From Octopus vulgaris (lineage: Eukaryota), in NCBI GenBank assembly GCA_951406725.2, contig OX597833.1:18104001-18168000 (forward strand): DNA of 64,000 bases, written 5' to 3'. The notes beneath the pieces are model-generated. The model made no database searches and was not told the DNA's origin. It worked only from the letters and a program-made list of their open reading frames with translations. Positions 25,568 through 37,800 of the stretch are shown here, one piece after another. Numbering within the stretch: the stretch's first letter is position 1; each line of letters starts with the position of its first letter. A program made the translations under genes and the position numbers.

Positions 25568-26533
25568 GATAGCTGTTTAAGTGTACTATAACCATGGATG
25601 CACCACAAGCGACGCAATAGAAATGGCGACATGACACAAACCGACGAACCCCCACTTTCGTCTCTGACGCTAGGACTCTCCTCTGCGTATCATTGCTAAT
25701 TAATTTGTCGACCCTCTCCCCGCTGCCGCCACCGCCATCTCACCTGTCATCAATCCAAAATGATGGCACGCGTTGTCAATCTCGGTACATTTGAACACAA
25801 TACATAAAACGAAAGTGAATTAAATTCTACCCGTCCCTCGTTTTGTTTTACTGCTGTTGTCCCATTTAAAACATTTCGAATTATCTATTATATTTTACTC
25901 GCTGTCGTTGCTCCTCTCTTTCGTACTGCAATCAAAAGTTGTTGACAAGAACTGTCCAATAAGCAACCAATTAGCCGAATTTCTTTTAAGAAGCAGTAAT
26001 TTGACACGTTACATTTTCTTCCTGTTGCATAATTATAGTACGATCGTTAGGTGCCAAGATAGAAAAAAAAAACAAAAACAAAAAATAAAATATATATAAA
26101 AATATAATAAATGGTCGTTTGAAACAAGTTGGCACCTTTTACTTGTAATGTCTTCATAAACTATAACCCACCAATCTTTCTATTTCTCTCCCTCTTTTCT
26201 CTCTCCTCTCTCTCTCTCACAAACACGCACATACGCACACAGGTACGCAAAGACGACAACAAGTAAAGAAAATTTGGTGTTTTATTGTATATTTTGCGAA
26301 AACAAACTACTGTTAAATGAAAGCTTGGTAAAGGAATTAAGTGACGTTGTTGCCAAGAATATGTCACACGCTTATTGAAAGATCCACATTTAAGTAGTGT
26401 GAAGATACGGACAATAATTTCTAATATGGGTGCAGAGGCTTTTTTTATTTCGAGAAATGACTCAAGTCATTTGAGTTTATATCCCGTGCTTAATTGGTAA
26501 TTATTTTATTGATACATATGGTGGAGAGCTGGA

Positions 26534-27080
26534 AGGCAGCGAGCTGGCAGAAACGTTAGCACGCCGGGCGAAATGCTTAACGGTATTTCATCTGTCGTTA
26601 CGTTCTGAGTTCAAGTTCCGCTGAGGTCGACTTCGCCTTTCATCCTTTCGGGGTCGATAAATTAAGTACCAGTTTCGCACTTGGGTCGATGTAATCGACT
26701 TAATCCATCCGTTTGTCTGTCCTTGTTTGTCCTGTCTGTGTTTAGCCCCTTGTGGGTAGTAAAGAACTGTGTATTTCATCTGTCGTCACGTTCTGAGTTC
26801 AAATTCCGCTGAGGTCGACTTTGTTTTTCATCCTTTCGGGGTCGATAAATAAAGTACCAGTTTCGCACTGGGGTCGATGTAATCGACTCAATCCGTTTGT
26901 CTGTCCTTGTTTGTCCCCTCTGTATTTAGCCCCTTGTGGGTAGTAAAGAAATAGGTATTTCGTCTGCCGTTACGTTCTGAGTTCAAGTTCCGCCGAGGTC
27001 GACTTTGCCTTTCATCCTTTCGGAGTCGATAAATTAAGTACCAGTTACTTTACTGGGATCGATGTAATCGACTTAATCCC
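26534..27080 (+). mobile_element. Same SINE family, internal trimer
   Basis: One head followed by three roughly 185-bp body units. Confidence 0.88.
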
Positions 27081-28797
27081 TGGCAGAATCGTTACCCTTA
27101 CGGACAAAATGCTTAGCGGATTTTCTTTCAGTTTTGCGTTCAATTTCCACCAAAGTCAACGTTGTCTTCCATATTTTCGGGGTGAAAAACTACGCATCAT
27201 TTCCCTCCGTTGGTCAGTTGAAGCTTAGATAGTGTCACGTGACAGTTAGCAGGTGCTGTCCGCTGGAGCCTACCGGCGAATATTTAAAGGGAAATTTAGC
27301 AGGATGGTCATTCGCCCGCTGACATTCGTTGACGCTCCATCGAAGAAACCAAAGGAAAAAAAGGAGAAAGGGAAAACGCACTGAACACCAGAGTTGATGA
27401 CACCTTCGAAGGATGGGGGGAAATCGAAAACGGTAGAGGAGGGGCCGAAACCGAACGTGGTTCCTTCTGATGATGTTTTTAGCCGCTGGATCCTATAAAG
27501 GAGCTGTTGAAGTAGCAAACCACGAAACGTGGTTGGAATTCCTCAGTGCCAACTGAGCACTGGGACCGATGTATTTGGCTAGACCCCTTTCTATATTAGA
27601 AAGGATTATATTGATACTTATGATGGCGAGCTGGCAGAATCAAAAGCACGCCGGAGAAAATGCTTAGCGGCATTTCTTTCGGTTTTATGTTCTGAGTTCA
27701 AATTCTGTCGCTGTTTACTTTACCTCTCATCCTTTCGGGGGTCGATGAAAGCATGTCAACGATTCTCCTCCCGCATTGAAACAATCATTAAAGCTGAAGG
27801 CTTTAATGATTGCTTCAATGAACAACTGCACAAATTTTAATTAATTTTAATTAGTTTTTTTAATTTTAACTTTTAATTAGTTTGGGTTTTGCAAGACTGG
27901 AATCCTCAAATAGTCCGCTGCCCTAATCACTGGGCCATTGCACCTCCACAAATATAAATATATGTATATATATAAACACATACACACATACATATATATA
28001 TATATATATATTCACGTGTACACACGTACACGCACAACAATTACGTGCACACACACAAGTCAACACTTATACATAACACAGATTTTTTCATATAAAGCAT
28101 GTATACCTATATATATATGCACACATATATATGTGTGCGTGTCTGCACACACAGATAAGGAAACAAATACGCATACATGGATAATACATACATACATACG
28201 CAAAATTGTACAATCACCTTCTAAAAAGAATATTAGGTATAGGTTACGTAAAGTTAAAAAAAAGAAAAATCTGATTATTTAAATATTTTTTAAAAATAGA
28301 TAACGTTCTGTATAATCTAATTAAATCGATCTAACAGAAAAATCTAAGATGTTTTACTTCTAAAAGAAAAGACGATTGTATCAATATAAATAGAGCTGAA
28401 ATTATTTAAGTGCTAAGGTCGCTTGTATATTCAAAAAATATTTCCAGTTAATGTATAAGGGGAGGTAAATATAGTAATTATTAAGTAACGTTTAAAGAGT
28501 ATTAAATTAAGTATTTAGATATATATATATATATATATATGTTTATATATTTATGTAGTTATAACTTAGCATAGACTATCAAGAACAAAGTAATTGAAAA
28601 AATAATGAGTATAAAACTTTTTTTTATCAATGCAAGCACTAACTGATCTATATACACTTATGTGTGCTTATCAAAAGTGCACACGTACTAGTTTATACCT
28701 ATACCTACATTTACATAGGTTCATATATATATATATATATGTATATAAGGATATGTATTCAACAAGAACCATGCATATGAATTAATAAGTATACGTA

Positions 28798-29563
28798 TCT
28801 CTCTATATATAAACGGCAGTTTGTCTGTGCGTGTTTCTGTGTGTCTGTTTGCTTGTACCCTCACCCTGACCACGGCTTTCAACCGATTCTGATGAAACTT
28901 GACACACACATAGCCCAATGTCATAATTCAAAACTAACGCAGCGAAAATTTTGAAAAGTTTTCCCAGTTCTGAAAAAAAATCGATAAATTCGACATGGGG
29001 TCGAGAATCAGAAACACAAACCGCAAACTGTCTAGGGGACGCAACTCCACCTTTTTTACTCTCAAAACAAATTTACCATAATTTTTTTCCATTTTTTTGC
29101 TTTTTTTGGCTATAACTCTCTAAAAATGCTTTATAGTTATTTCCCTTACAAACCTGAGCAACGCCGGGCGATACTGCTAGTCTTTATATATAAAAGTAAG
29201 GTTGTGTGTCTGTCTCCTACGATTTAGATTCCTAACTACTCCCACATTTTGCGGTGCAGTTTAACCAAAACCGGGTATCTTATAGTCGTGATTCATATCG
29301 AGCCCTTCACGTCTACAATGAGTCTACAATTTTAAAAATAATTTACCATCATTGTTTTCCATTTTAATGCATTTTTTTCTCTATTATATAAGGGAAGTAA
29401 CTCTCTAAAAATGTCTACGATGAGTCAACGATTTAAAAAAAATTTACCATAATTTTTTTTCCGTTTTTAATGCATTTTTTGCTATTTTTTGGCTATAACT
29501 CTCTAAAAATGCTTTATAGTTATTTCCCTTACAAACCCGAGCAACGCCGGGCAATACTGCTAG
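28798..29563 (+). mobile_element. Head-to-tail Helitron pair: family A (28798-29180) plus family C (29181-29563)
   Basis: CTAG|TC junction at 29180/29181; both share the 3' end cccttacaaacc.gagcaacgccgggc.atactgctag. Confidence 0.8.
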
Positions 29564-29579
29564 TGTGTATATAAGTATG

Positions 29580-29611
<32 letters not shown>

Positions 29612-29671
29612 AGCGCGTATGTGTTTACATGTATATATATATATTTATATTTAGATGTGTATATCTATGTG

Positions 29672-29714
<43 letters not shown>

Positions 29715-29841
29715 TTTATTTTAAGCAGCAGAAAATTCAACAAAATCTGTTTTTCTGCCGCTTAAAATAAAGCATATTACTCTACCACTGGTATTTGAGT
29801 ACTCTTTTTTCCACCTTGTTTCACATTTATGTGTTTACTCC

Positions 29842-29878
<37 letters not shown>

Positions 29879-30117
29879 TGAATTAAAAAATGAATGCCTT
29901 TTGACCAGTGTTAATATAAGCTTACTCTTTTACTTGTTTCAGTCATTTGACTGCGGCCATGCTGGAGCACCGCCTTTAGTCGAGCAAATCGACCCCGGGA
30001 CTTATTCTTTGTAAGCCAAGTACTTATTCTATCGGTCTCTTTTGCCGAACCGCTAAGTGACGGGGACGTAAACACACCAGCATCGGTTGTCAAGCAATGC
30101 TAGGGGACAAACACACA

Positions 30118-30177
<60 letters not shown>

Positions 30178-30384
30178 TACGACGGGCTTCTTTCAGTTTC
30201 CGTCTACCAAATCCACTCACAAGGCTTTGGACGGCCCGAGGCTATAGTAGAAGACATTTGCCCAAGGTGCCACGCTGTGGGACTGAACCCGGAACCATGT
30301 GGTTAGCAAGCTACTTACCACACAGCCACTCCTGCGCCTATGTATACATGTATTTATATTTAGATGTGTATATCTATGTGTATG

Positions 30385-30427
<43 letters not shown>

Positions 30428-30614
30428 GCACTGAATTAAAAAATGAATGCTTTTTGACCTGTGTTAATATATGTTTATATACTATTTTTATATAAGTTTC
30501 CCCCAGCTTTATAAACAATTTACCTAACTATTTATGTTATCTCCTCATTCATACGATACCCTTATTCATTGTAATTTACTATTCAGCTTCTGTTTATTTA
30601 CCTATTATTACCCT

Positions 30615-30696
30615 ATCCCACCGAAGAAATTTTGCTTGATATAATGATTTTATTACTGTTTAATCTATTAAGCCTAATTGAAACAGCTGTAAGGAC
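30615..30696 (+). ncRNA. Type I hammerhead ribozyme, mutated core (upstream copy of the pair)
   Basis: Same fold as 30951-31036 but the core reads CCGAAGA. Confidence 0.6.
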
Positions 30697-30950
30697 CATG
30701 TTTGAATCTTGCACATAATGAATTTTTATCAAACGCTGTATCTTCATATTCTTACTTTCTTTTTATGATAATAAACAATGGTTTATATACTAATTACCTT
30801 AATTATATTCACATAATATCCATTACACACTAAAACAACCTATAACCCCTTAATCCGGGCATATACCAATATTAGCCATAAAATAATACTCAGTCTGCTG
30901 TGATGATTCAAAAATGCAACACTTAAAATCTAACGGTATATATTTTTTCT

Positions 30951-31036
30951 ATCCCTCTGAAGAAATTTTGCTTAATATAATGATTTTATTTATTTCTATT
31001 TAATCTATTAAGCCTAATTGAAACAGCTGTAAGGAC
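30951..31036 (+). ncRNA. Type I hammerhead ribozyme (downstream copy of a tandem pair)
   Basis: UCCCU-CUGAAGA; stem II AAUU..GCUUAAUA/UAUUAAGC..AAUU; GAAAC-AGCU-GUA; AGGA. Confidence 0.7.
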
Positions 31037-31099
31037 CATGTTTAATTTTTGCAGATAATATTTTTTTATTAAATGTTATATCTCCATTTTCATACTTTC

Positions 31100-31144
<45 letters not shown>

Positions 31145-31156
<12 letters not shown>

Positions 31157-31480
31157 AAGGAAAGTGTATATATATATATTTAAAGGAAAGTGTATATATA
31201 TATATTTAAAGGAAAGTGTATATATATATATTTAAAGGAAAGTGTATATATATATATTTAAAGGAAAGTGTATATATATATATTTAAAGGAAAGTGTAAA
31301 TATATTTAAAGGAAAGTGTATATATATATTTACATGAAAGTGTATATATATATTTAAAGGGAAGAGTATATACATATATATTTAAAGGGAAGTGTATATA
31401 CATATATATTTAAAGGGAAGTGTATATACATATATATTTAAAGGAAAGTGTATATACATATATATTCAAAGGAAAGTATG
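31145..31480. repeat. Minisatellite (TA)n-TTTAAAGGAAAGTG, about 13 units of 22-28 bp
   Basis: Direct reading. Confidence 0.95.
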
Positions 31481-31700
31481 TATATATATATATATATAAT
31501 GAAACCAAGTTTAGTATGATGGCCGTGCACGCTTTATAACATGTAGTACTATCGAATATCAAATAATTTATTCATTTTCGACGTATACCAAATGCATAAC
31601 TATTTCCTTTTTTTTATTTTGCACATTGTAGACGAAGATAACAAAATATATCTTAAGATAACCAAACACAGAAACGAACGCAATAACAAAAAGCTCAGCC

Positions 31701-31844
31701 ATGGCCGTTGTTGTTGATTGTCAAGTTGGAGAAACCCCTGAGATTCTTTTTGAGAGCCTCAATGATTCTCTCGGATGGGAAATGACTGAATCGATCGATG
31801 ACATATTTGTCTTCACACTGGAACTAACGAAAAAAGCCGGAAAG
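31701..31844 (+). CDS. IMPA1: IMPA coding exon 1 (MAVVV...[22 protein letters not shown])
   Basis: In-frame ATGs at 31701 (gccATGG) and 31782; donor AAG|gtaaga. The segment from 31782 is 63 nt, like the 21-aa first coding exon of IMPA1. Confidence 0.85.
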
Positions 31845-32048
31845 GTAAGAAAACTCCACTTGATATTAACGTATTTAACTGATCTTTTCACACACACAGA
31901 CACACACATGTATATAAGAGCTGCTGTTTGAACCTGCTATGAAATGTTCCGAGGGGGTAGTCCGTTAGTCATAGTACGGCACAATTGTATATATGACTCT
32001 CTCTTTCTCTCCCCTCTGTCTGTCTGTCTCTGTCTGTCTCTCTCTCTC

Positions 32049-32115
<67 letters not shown>

Positions 32116-32196
32116 ATTATTATTATTTGAAGGAAAATTAATCCTAACTTACTGGGAAAAAATTCAATTTAGAAATACTAAATCAAATTTCACACA

Positions 32197-32275
<79 letters not shown>

Positions 32276-32805
32276 TAGAAAAAAAACACCTTTTATCAAT
32301 TCAAAAAAAAAATTGCAAAAAAAATAAAAAAATTTTTTTTTGCAATTTACTTAATAATTGGTATTTTATTGTTATTTTAATTTTAATATTTCTATTATTT
32401 GTAATTATCTATATGGTGTAATATAATTGTTCATTTTGAATTGATAAAAGGTGTTTTTTTTTCTAATTTATATATATATATATATGTCCGGCCTTCGCCA
32501 TGATAGATCGCTAGCCACTTTCACATTCTATATTTTCTCTCCTTGTTTCTTTCTGTGTTCCTTTCTGTGGAAGAGCGTAGGCTCGAAACGTTAAAGACTT
32601 TTTCACCTCCCGAGCTTTATACTAATACATCTGTTTGTTGTCTACACCACCTGTCATCGTCTTTTTTTTGTGAATTCTCCCTACACACACACATACACAC
32701 ACACACACACATATATATATTCGATTTTGCATCTAACGTGAATTACGAAACAGCTGTAAACTAATGGAATGAACATTCATTCTCTCACCTCTCTTATCTG
32801 ATCAG

Positions 32806-32852
<47 letters not shown>

Positions 32853-32959
32853 AAGCAAAGTAGCTAGTTATAAAATATCTATAAGAGATGAAAGTAGCAA
32901 TTATACTGAGAAGAAATGTTTATAGCCACTTCGACATTTTCTATTACGAAACAACACAT

Positions 32960-33025
<66 letters not shown>

Positions 33026-34171
33026 TTTTACCCATAACTTCTTAACCATACCTTTACTTCAACGTACATATTTCTGCTTCTGATGCTTTCAATCCCTGCA
33101 GGCGTCGACTATAACAACTTAATATTAATGATATCGTATTCCACTTCATAAATTATAGATGGTAAGAAGGGCTTTCAACAAGAGGAAATGCATAAATACC
33201 AAGCAGACTGGACAAGATCTTGTTACCGAAACTGATGAGGCAGTTGAACGAATGCTAATATCAACATTGAAAACTCGATTTCCAACACATCGGTAAGACA
33301 CATTCTACCCTCTTCTCCATTTCTTTGATTTGTCAGTTTTTTTTTTTGGTTTCTGCTTTCGGCTTTATTCTTTAGTGTTTTCTTCTTCTTCTTCTTCTTC
33401 TTCTTCTTCTTCTTCTTCTTCTTCTTCTTCTTCTTCTTCTTCTTCTTCCTTCTTCTTTTCCTTCTTTTCCTTCTTCTTCTTCTTCTTCTTCTTCTTCTTC
33501 TTCTTCTTCTTCTTCTTCTTCTTCTTCTTCTTCTTCTTCTTCTTCTTCTTCTTCTTCTTCTTCTTCTTCTTCTTCTTCTTCTTCTTCTTCTTCTTCTTCT
33601 TCTTCTTCTTCTTCTTCTTCTTCTTCTTCTTCTTCTTCTTCTTCTTCTTCTTCTTCTTGCTTCTTCTTCTTCTTCTTCTTCTTCTCCTTCTTCTTTTCCT
33701 TTTCCTTCTTCTTCTTCTTCTTCTTCTTTTCCTTCTTCTTTTCCTTCTTTTCCTTCTTCTTCTTCTTCTTCTTCTTCTTCTTCTTGCTCTTCTTCTTCTT
33801 CTTCTTCTTCTTCTCTTCTTCTTCTTCTTCTTCTTCTTCTTCTTCTTCTTCTTCTTCTTCTTCTTTACGTAAGCAGAAAGCCTGAAAAATGTTGTTGTTG
33901 GTTGGGAAGTAGTGAGCATGCGAAATAATGTGACGACTGGGCGCAGCTGTTTGGGCGCTGATGATTTGGTGCAGCTGACTGGACACTCGGCTTGTTTTGG
34001 TGACAGTACATTTTGGCGAGAGGGACAAAATTGCGCGCGCGTGACTGTGCGAGAGAGGAAAAGGAGGGAGAGATAAGAGAAACATTACGATGTATTGATC
34101 GAACATATACATATACAATTGACATATACACTTTCCCTCATGCACATAAGAGAAATCAGCTCACACTCATA

Positions 34172-34227
<56 letters not shown>

Positions 34228-34826
34228 ACGCCGTCTTTGACAAAGAGTGAGAAAAAAATAAGTGCGAGGAAAGGAGGAAGAGACGAGTGAAATATAAAAA
34301 CGTCTGATGTCAAACAAGTCAGCGTTGAATCAACGACGCCAAATAAGCGGCACCAAAACGGCTGTGACAGAACGTTTCATACCCATGCACAAGACATCTT
34401 CTCTGAGTATCCGAGGCGATCTGTACATTCAATGTATAACATTTAGAGTGCTCCGAGCGTGTCCCGTTGGCTTGCATACGAAAAGTATGGTGAATGAATG
34501 GGACATGCTCTGTGGAGGCATATGGCCTAGTGGTTAGAGCAGCGGACTCGCAGTCGAGGGATCGCCGGTTCGAATCTCAGACCGGGCGATGTATGTGTCT
34601 ATGAGCGAAACACCTAAGCTCCACGCGACTCTGGCAGATGGTAATGGCGAACTTCTGCTGACTCTTTCGCCAGGCATATTAAGAAAACCCCCTTCGCTAA
34701 AACGTTTATATTAACTACTATAATTTAAGGGAAATAAAGTTGGTCACCCTGATACAATTCTATATATTGGTCTATTGTCTGCGATAAGAGACCAAATAGG
34801 CAACATGTTTTTCTTTCTTTCTATCT

Positions 34827-34885
<59 letters not shown>

Positions 34886-37800
34886 GACGAAACAGGGACA
34901 ACTGAAGAAGGGGAATTTTCCTTGTGCTGTATGCCTTATACTTTTTTTTTTCTTGTTTGAAAAAAAGTTCGTTTCCATATTTTTGTTTTTATGTTTTCGT
35001 TTCTCATTGTGTTCAACTTTGTTTTGATGTCCTGTACCCATATATGCATGTATATATACATATAGATGCAGGTATGTACATATATGTATGTATATATGCA
35101 TATATTTATATATTATTTATATTATTATATGATCGAACGCCACACATCCTTTTCCAAGTATGTATCTGCTGGCAGACACGTTAGCGCGCCGGGCGAAATG
35201 CTTAGCGGTATTTCGTCTGTCGTTACGTTCTGGGTTCAAATTCCGCCGAGGTCAACTTTGCCTTTCATCCTTTCGGGGTCGATAAATAAAGTACCAGTTT
35301 CGCACTGGGGGCGATATAATCGACTCAATACCTTCGTTTGTCTTTGTTTGTCCCCTCTATGTTTAGCCCCTTCTGGGCAGTAAAGAAATATATCTATGTG
35401 TGTACCTGTTATTTGTCTGTCTGACTGCTTGTCTCTCGGTCTGTATGGGTCTCTGTCAGCCTTTCTATCTGTCTGTCTGTTTGCATATGTAGTCTGTCTG
35501 TCTGTCTATCTGAGTCTTTGTTTATCTGCCTGTCTGTCTTTTTATTTATCTGTCTATCTATCCATCAATGTTTGTCTCTCTTTTCTCTCTTTCTGTCTGT
35601 CTGTCTGTCTGTCTTAGAAGAACAGCAGCAACAACAACAATAAATGCAACAACATATGTGTTATTCTCTATTTCAGTTTCATTGGAGAGGAATCCATTGC
35701 CGGTGGCAAGAAATGCGAACTCACCGAAAGACCTACCTGGATAATAGACCCGATCGATGGAACAAACAACTTCGTACACCGGTAAATCTTTTACGTTCAC
35801 AGAGTACGTATATGTGTGTGTCAGTCTCTCCTATCATAAGCACCATAGGAGGGTTGATCAACAAGTTCTTGTTGATCAACCTGTTCAGATGATTTGTTTA
35901 TAGTACTCGAATATTTGTGCCGTTAAGTAGCTCACTCCAGTCCATCAACACAACATAGCTTGGACAAGTGCACGGTGAGCAATACATCAGATGTCGAATT
36001 GCTAGCAGAACAGCGTGAAATGAAGTGTCTTGCTCAAGGACATAACTTACAGCCCGGTCCCGGAATTGAAACTACGGTATTGCGAACGGAACATCTTAAT
36101 TACTGGGCTGCGTATGTCCGCGTATTAGGTTCTGTTCTCTTCATCAAAAATGGTAAATCATCTTTCGGGAGTAAAAAAAACCAACAAAAAGAAAGCAGAT
36201 GAGTATAGTTGATATACTAGACTACGCTCTCCTAAACTGAAGATATTGTGCGTACATTAGATATCATTATTAAGACGGCGAATTGGCAGAGTCGTTTGTG
36301 CGCTGGGCGAAATATTTAGCAGTTTTTCGCCCGTCGCTATGTTCTGAGATCAAATTCTGACTTTACCTTTCATCCTTTTGGGGGCGATAAATTTTATCGC
36401 CCCCAAAAGTACTAGTTGAGCACTGGGATTTATGTAATCGGTTCATCCCCTCCGCCAAAATTGCTCCCTTGTGACAAAATTTGAAACCATTTCCAGCTCT
36501 TTACGTTCAGAGTTCAAATTCTTTTATAGTCAACTTTGCTTCTTATCCTTCCTGTGATGAGTATTAGGATCGATCTCACTGATATACCCCTCTTACAAAA
36601 TCACAGGCCTTGTGTTTATAGTAGAAAGAATTATTATTATGGTAGCGAAGATTAAGGCGGTGTGCCGGTAGAATCGTTACCGCATCGGACAAAAATTCTT
36701 AGTTGCATGTCTCCAGACTCTTTATGTTCTAATTTCGAATTCTGCCGAGGTCGACCTTGCATTTCATTTTTCGATGTCTGTAAAATAAAGTGCCATTTGA
36801 ACACCGGAGTCAATAGGATTGGCCAACTACTTCCCTGAAATTGCTAGCCTTGTAGCAAAATTTGAAACCATTATTATGATAGCAAAGATTGAAAAAGTCT
36901 CTTATACACTTTATGTATGACTATTTATTTATGTACCTGTTTTCTATATTTCAGCAACACTTGTATTGCTATTTCAATTGGTCTCGCAGTAAACAAAGAG
37001 GTGAGTTATACCCCCGTCCCCTTTTCTTTTGTCATTCCTCTACCCCACTCACCTCACTTTTCCTCTTTCTTAGATTCGTTCCTGTTCTTATTTTCCCCCG
37101 TCTTGTCTTCGTGATGGCAACAATCCGCTTAATTGAACTTGGGTGTGTGGTAAGAAGCTGCTGCCCAACCACGGGTTCAGATCCACTGCGTGGCACCTTG
37201 GGCAAATATCTTTCCTATAGTCTTGGGCCGACCAAAGCCTTTTGAGTGGATTTCGTTGACGTCATATATATATATAGGAGCCCCCCACGATCGGTCATGA
37301 ATGACCATGGGATTGCACATAGGTACAAGTCCGGGCAAGGTTGTTTGTGGAAGGCCAGTAATCGCCTATGCATACCAGCCTCCCCTCTCCATGCCACAAG
37401 TGTTATCCAAGGGAAAGGCAAAGGGGCCGGTACAGCTTGGCACCTGTGACGTCGCAACTCATTTCTACAGCTGAGTGAACTGGAGCAACGTGAAATGAAG
37501 TGTCTTGCTCAAGAACGCAACACGCAGCCCGGTCCGGGAATCGAACTCACAACCTCACCTCGACGCTCTAATCCCTGAGCCATGCACGCACATATATATA
37601 TATGTGCGTGCATGTGTGTGTGTATGTCGGTCTTTGCGTTTGACCCCCACCACCGCTTGACAGCCGGTATTGGTGTGTTTTCGTACCCGTAACTTAGCAG
37701 TCCGGCAAGAGATATCGATAGAATAAATACCAGGTTTTAAAAACAAGTACTACGGTCGATTCATTCGACTAATAATTCTTCAAGGTGCTGCCCCAGCATG

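Noticed and set aside
24977-27080. Regularly spaced repeats that could suggest a CRISPR-like array
   Set aside because: Whole 184-bp units are repeated with no unique spacers; eukaryotic SINE multimers; no cas genes
27467-27532. CTGATGA ... GAAAC spaced like a hammerhead
   Set aside because: No convincing stem II or stem I, and the triplet would be GUG
27240-27540. GC-richer, K/E/P-rich reading frame
   Set aside because: Interrupted by a stop, no splice or homology support; at most a decayed transposon fragment
33330-34145. Long poly-F/K/E/R ORFs
   Set aside because: Translations of the (TTC)n microsatellite
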